A stretch of 20,294 nucleotides of DNA from Synechococcus sp. (GTDB lineage Bacteria > Cyanobacteriota > Cyanobacteriia > Thermostichales > PCC-7336), in NCBI GenBank assembly GCA_051439425.1, contig JBFRWD010000160.1, positions 1 through 20,294 on the forward strand, read 5' to 3'. This document shows, piece after piece, positions 18,243 through 20,294 of the stretch. The position numbers and the translations under genes are program-made. Below the pieces are notes generated by a model, which saw only the letters and a list, made by a program, of their open reading frames with translations, made no database searches and was not told the origin of the DNA. How positions within the stretch are numbered: position 1 is the stretch's first letter; each line of letters opens with the position of its first letter.

Positions 18243-18392
18243 CTGGAATCTCCTAAGCAGAATAGAACTGACTGATTGGCCCTACTCACTCGGCATCTGC
18301 CGTCAATTTCTCAACTCCGCCATGCGATCGAACTCGCTATTGAGTTAATGGCAAGATTGTCAAATAAAGGCGAGATCGCGCAGTTAGAGCAC

Positions 18393-18808
18393 TACAGGCA
18401 TGGCTAAAGGAATTAGGACGCAAGGCAAAGAACATGCTCAATGGCATCGCGCAAAGAGTCAAACTGATTGCAGCGATGAACGCGGGCTTTAATCCAGGCC
18501 CAACAATGCTCAATGTGATTGAGGTCAGGCGAGTAAGGAGGCAAATACCAACGTTGACACCCATCCTCCTGCAACAGTTGTTCGATGCGTGGCCCCTTCC
18601 TGAAAGGTGGCATTGTCTACCACCAAGACCTGCCCTGACCTCAGTTATGGAATAGAACGCTGCTCTAGCCCCATCTCGAACAGGGCAGATTGCATGAGCC
18701 GTCCAAAGTAAACGGGGCCAGCAGTTGACGATGGCACCAAGCGGCAATCATGCCGATGCGTCCTTCACGTCTGCCGGACTTGAGGGCATAGATGTGCCCA
18801 CCTTTCTC
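18393..18808 (-). mobile_element. Truncated, frameshifted IS630-family transposase (DDE_3) with a probable right end
   Basis: EKGGHIYALKSGRREGRIGMIAAWCHRQLLAPFTLDGSCN, frameshift, ALFEMGLEQRSIP*LRSGQVLVVDNATF, frameshift, RKGPRIEQLL..YLPPYSPDLNHIEHCWAWIK, stop at 18413. TACAGGCATGGCTAAAGGAATTAGGAC from 18393 begins with TA and resembles IS630 ends. The HTH half and left end were not found. Confidence 0.88.
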
Positions 18809-19212
18809 AGTCTTTGGTCTACTACTTCAAACTATGTCCTCATTGGTATGGCTCCCTCTATATTTCTCTCTCCTACTAAATCCGGGAATTCCTACCCCAA
18901 AAATAGAAGTCCAAAAGGGCCACATTAGCTTAGTTCTGAACGGAGAAATGATTTCTGAGGTCTGCTCAAAACGACTTAGTATCAGATGAAGTCTGGCGTG
19001 CTGATTTAGCCAGCAATCTTCAGATTGCTTACTTCATGCCACCTTTTGAATCGCTGGCTCATCGTTTCGCGATATTGGCACGGCTTAAGTCAGAGTAACA
19101 CTATTGGCTACTCATCAAATTCTCAAATCCTTACCAACTAAGCTTTTGTGATGTTTGACCCCTGCTCGGAGTGTTACCTTAACGCCCAGGAGTTTTTTGG
19201 ACCAGGCCGAAA

Positions 19213-20294
19213 TTAACTGCCTATTGCCTGGGCAAGCGCAATGAACAGCGGTATGCCTAAGGCAAGCGCAACCGGTGTACCGACTGCTGTAGAGGAACCG
19301 ATGTAGGCAGAAGGGTTGGCTTTGGGAATACCGGCCCGCAAAGTGGGAGGCCCCGAGATATCCGAACTAGATGCAGCGATAACAGCCAAGATCACGACGC
19401 CACCAAGACTGAATCCAGTAACGTAGTGGGCAATCATTCCAAGACCGAAGGCAATAAATCCATGCAGCAGCGGCGCCACAAACGCATATAGGGCATACCA
19501 TTGGGCTACTTTTCGTAGCTCACCTATCCTTGCCCACGCTTCCATACCCATTACCAGCATAAGTATTGAAAGTTGGCCGCGGAAGAGAGGTTCGAAGAAG
19601 CTGTCAAAGACACTTTCAGGTTGAGTTAGTAGACCCAGAACGATGCCAAGCAGCAATGCCGATAAAGCCGAGCCCTGAAGGCTTTCCTTCACAATCGGCC
19701 ATATCTCGACCCGCTGATGTGCACTACCGGGTTGCTCGTCAACGGACCCGCCGACATTACTGCCCTGCTTACTGGCAGACCCACCAATGGAAATACCTGG
19801 CTCGCCGGGATACCCACCTGCGGCAACAAGCTGTTTGCTGCGATACTCCTGTTTACCAAGAGACACCCCCGAAATATCGCGTTGCTTTTTGGTGTAAATG
19901 CTTGCTACAACGATCGCTGTCACGAGAGCAGGAATATCCATGAAGGGATAGAGTGCAGCAGCCCAAGCCTCGTATTCGATGCCCTGTTCTTCTAGTAGCG
20001 TTAGAGCAGCGGCAAGAGTAGAGCCACTTACGGCACCAAATAAGCCCGCTGTTGCAATAGCATCTACAGTTCTGACATTTGGGAGCCTGGCTAAGGTGTG
20101 CCTGCCAATGAATACAATAACGACCCCAATTGCCATCGCGAACAGCGCGGGCAAAATCATCTCTACCAGATTGGCATTGCGAATCGCAATACCGCCGCTC
20201 AGCCCAACTTTGATAAGCAGCATGAAGACAATAAACTTGTAGACCGCATCTGGAATTGCCAATCGGCTACCAACGGCAGCAAGAACTCCACCAC
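19213..20294 (-). CDS. sbtA: Sodium-dependent bicarbonate transporter SbtA (5' end outside the window)
   Basis: DAIATAGLFGAVSGSTL, ALYPFMDIPALVTAIV, WPIVKESLQGSALSALLLG and SSSDISGPPTLRAGIPKANPSAYIGSSTAVGTPVA. The frame stays open to the window edge (GGVLAAVGSRLAIP). Confidence 0.95.
   Translation of the reverse strand, partial: GGVLAAVGSRLAIPDAVYKFIVFMLLIKVGLSGGIAIRNANLVEMILPALFAMAIGVVIVFIGRHTLARLPNVRTVDAIATAGLFGAVSGSTLAAALTLLEEQGIEYEAWAAALYPFMDIPALVTAIVVASIYTKKQRDISGVSLGKQEYRSKQLVAAGGYPGEPGISIGGSASKQGSNVGGSVDEQPGSAHQRVEIWPIVKESLQGSALSALLLGIVLGLLTQPESVFDSFFEPLFRGQLSILMLVMGMEAWARIGELRKVAQWYALYAFVAPLLHGFIAFGLGMIAHYVTGFSLGGVVILAVIAASSSDISGPPTLRAGIPKANPSAYIGSSTAVGTPVALALGIPLFIALAQAIGS

Noticed and set aside
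18337..18747. 136-aa ORF and overlapping short ORFs as real genes
   Set aside because: They are alternative frames across the frameshifted IS630 transposase.
19690..19900. Gly/Ser-rich insertion in SbtA as a novel domain
   Set aside because: A variable-length central loop is a known feature of cyanobacterial SbtA.

Overview
Cyanobacterial accessory region: at least 11 HIP1 GCGATCGC octamers, an sbtA bicarbonate transporter, a DUF1400 protein and a cyanobacterial-type IS630 relic. The left part encodes a secreted CBM-like/LamG protein, DUF2252, DUF1400, DUF502 and a large MscS. The centre (7491-16613) is a candidate organic-substrate uptake/catabolism locus. An AraC regulator sits divergent from an OprB-family porin, followed co-directionally by a decayed paralogue fragment, a Tat-signal Asp-box (BNR/VPS10-like) beta-propeller hydrolase broken by one in-frame TAA, an atypical M19 dipeptidase and an MFS transporter. 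A shared TTGCC-N3-TTGCGAC motif precedes two units of this locus. The right part holds DUF389, a GST (YfcG-like) pseudogene, an IS630 pseudogene and a 5'-truncated sbtA with no sbtB behind it. The propeller paralogue and the GST relic are absent from the ORF track, and the IS630 appears there only as a 3' fragment. Family calls come from motif recognition by eye, not from database searches.
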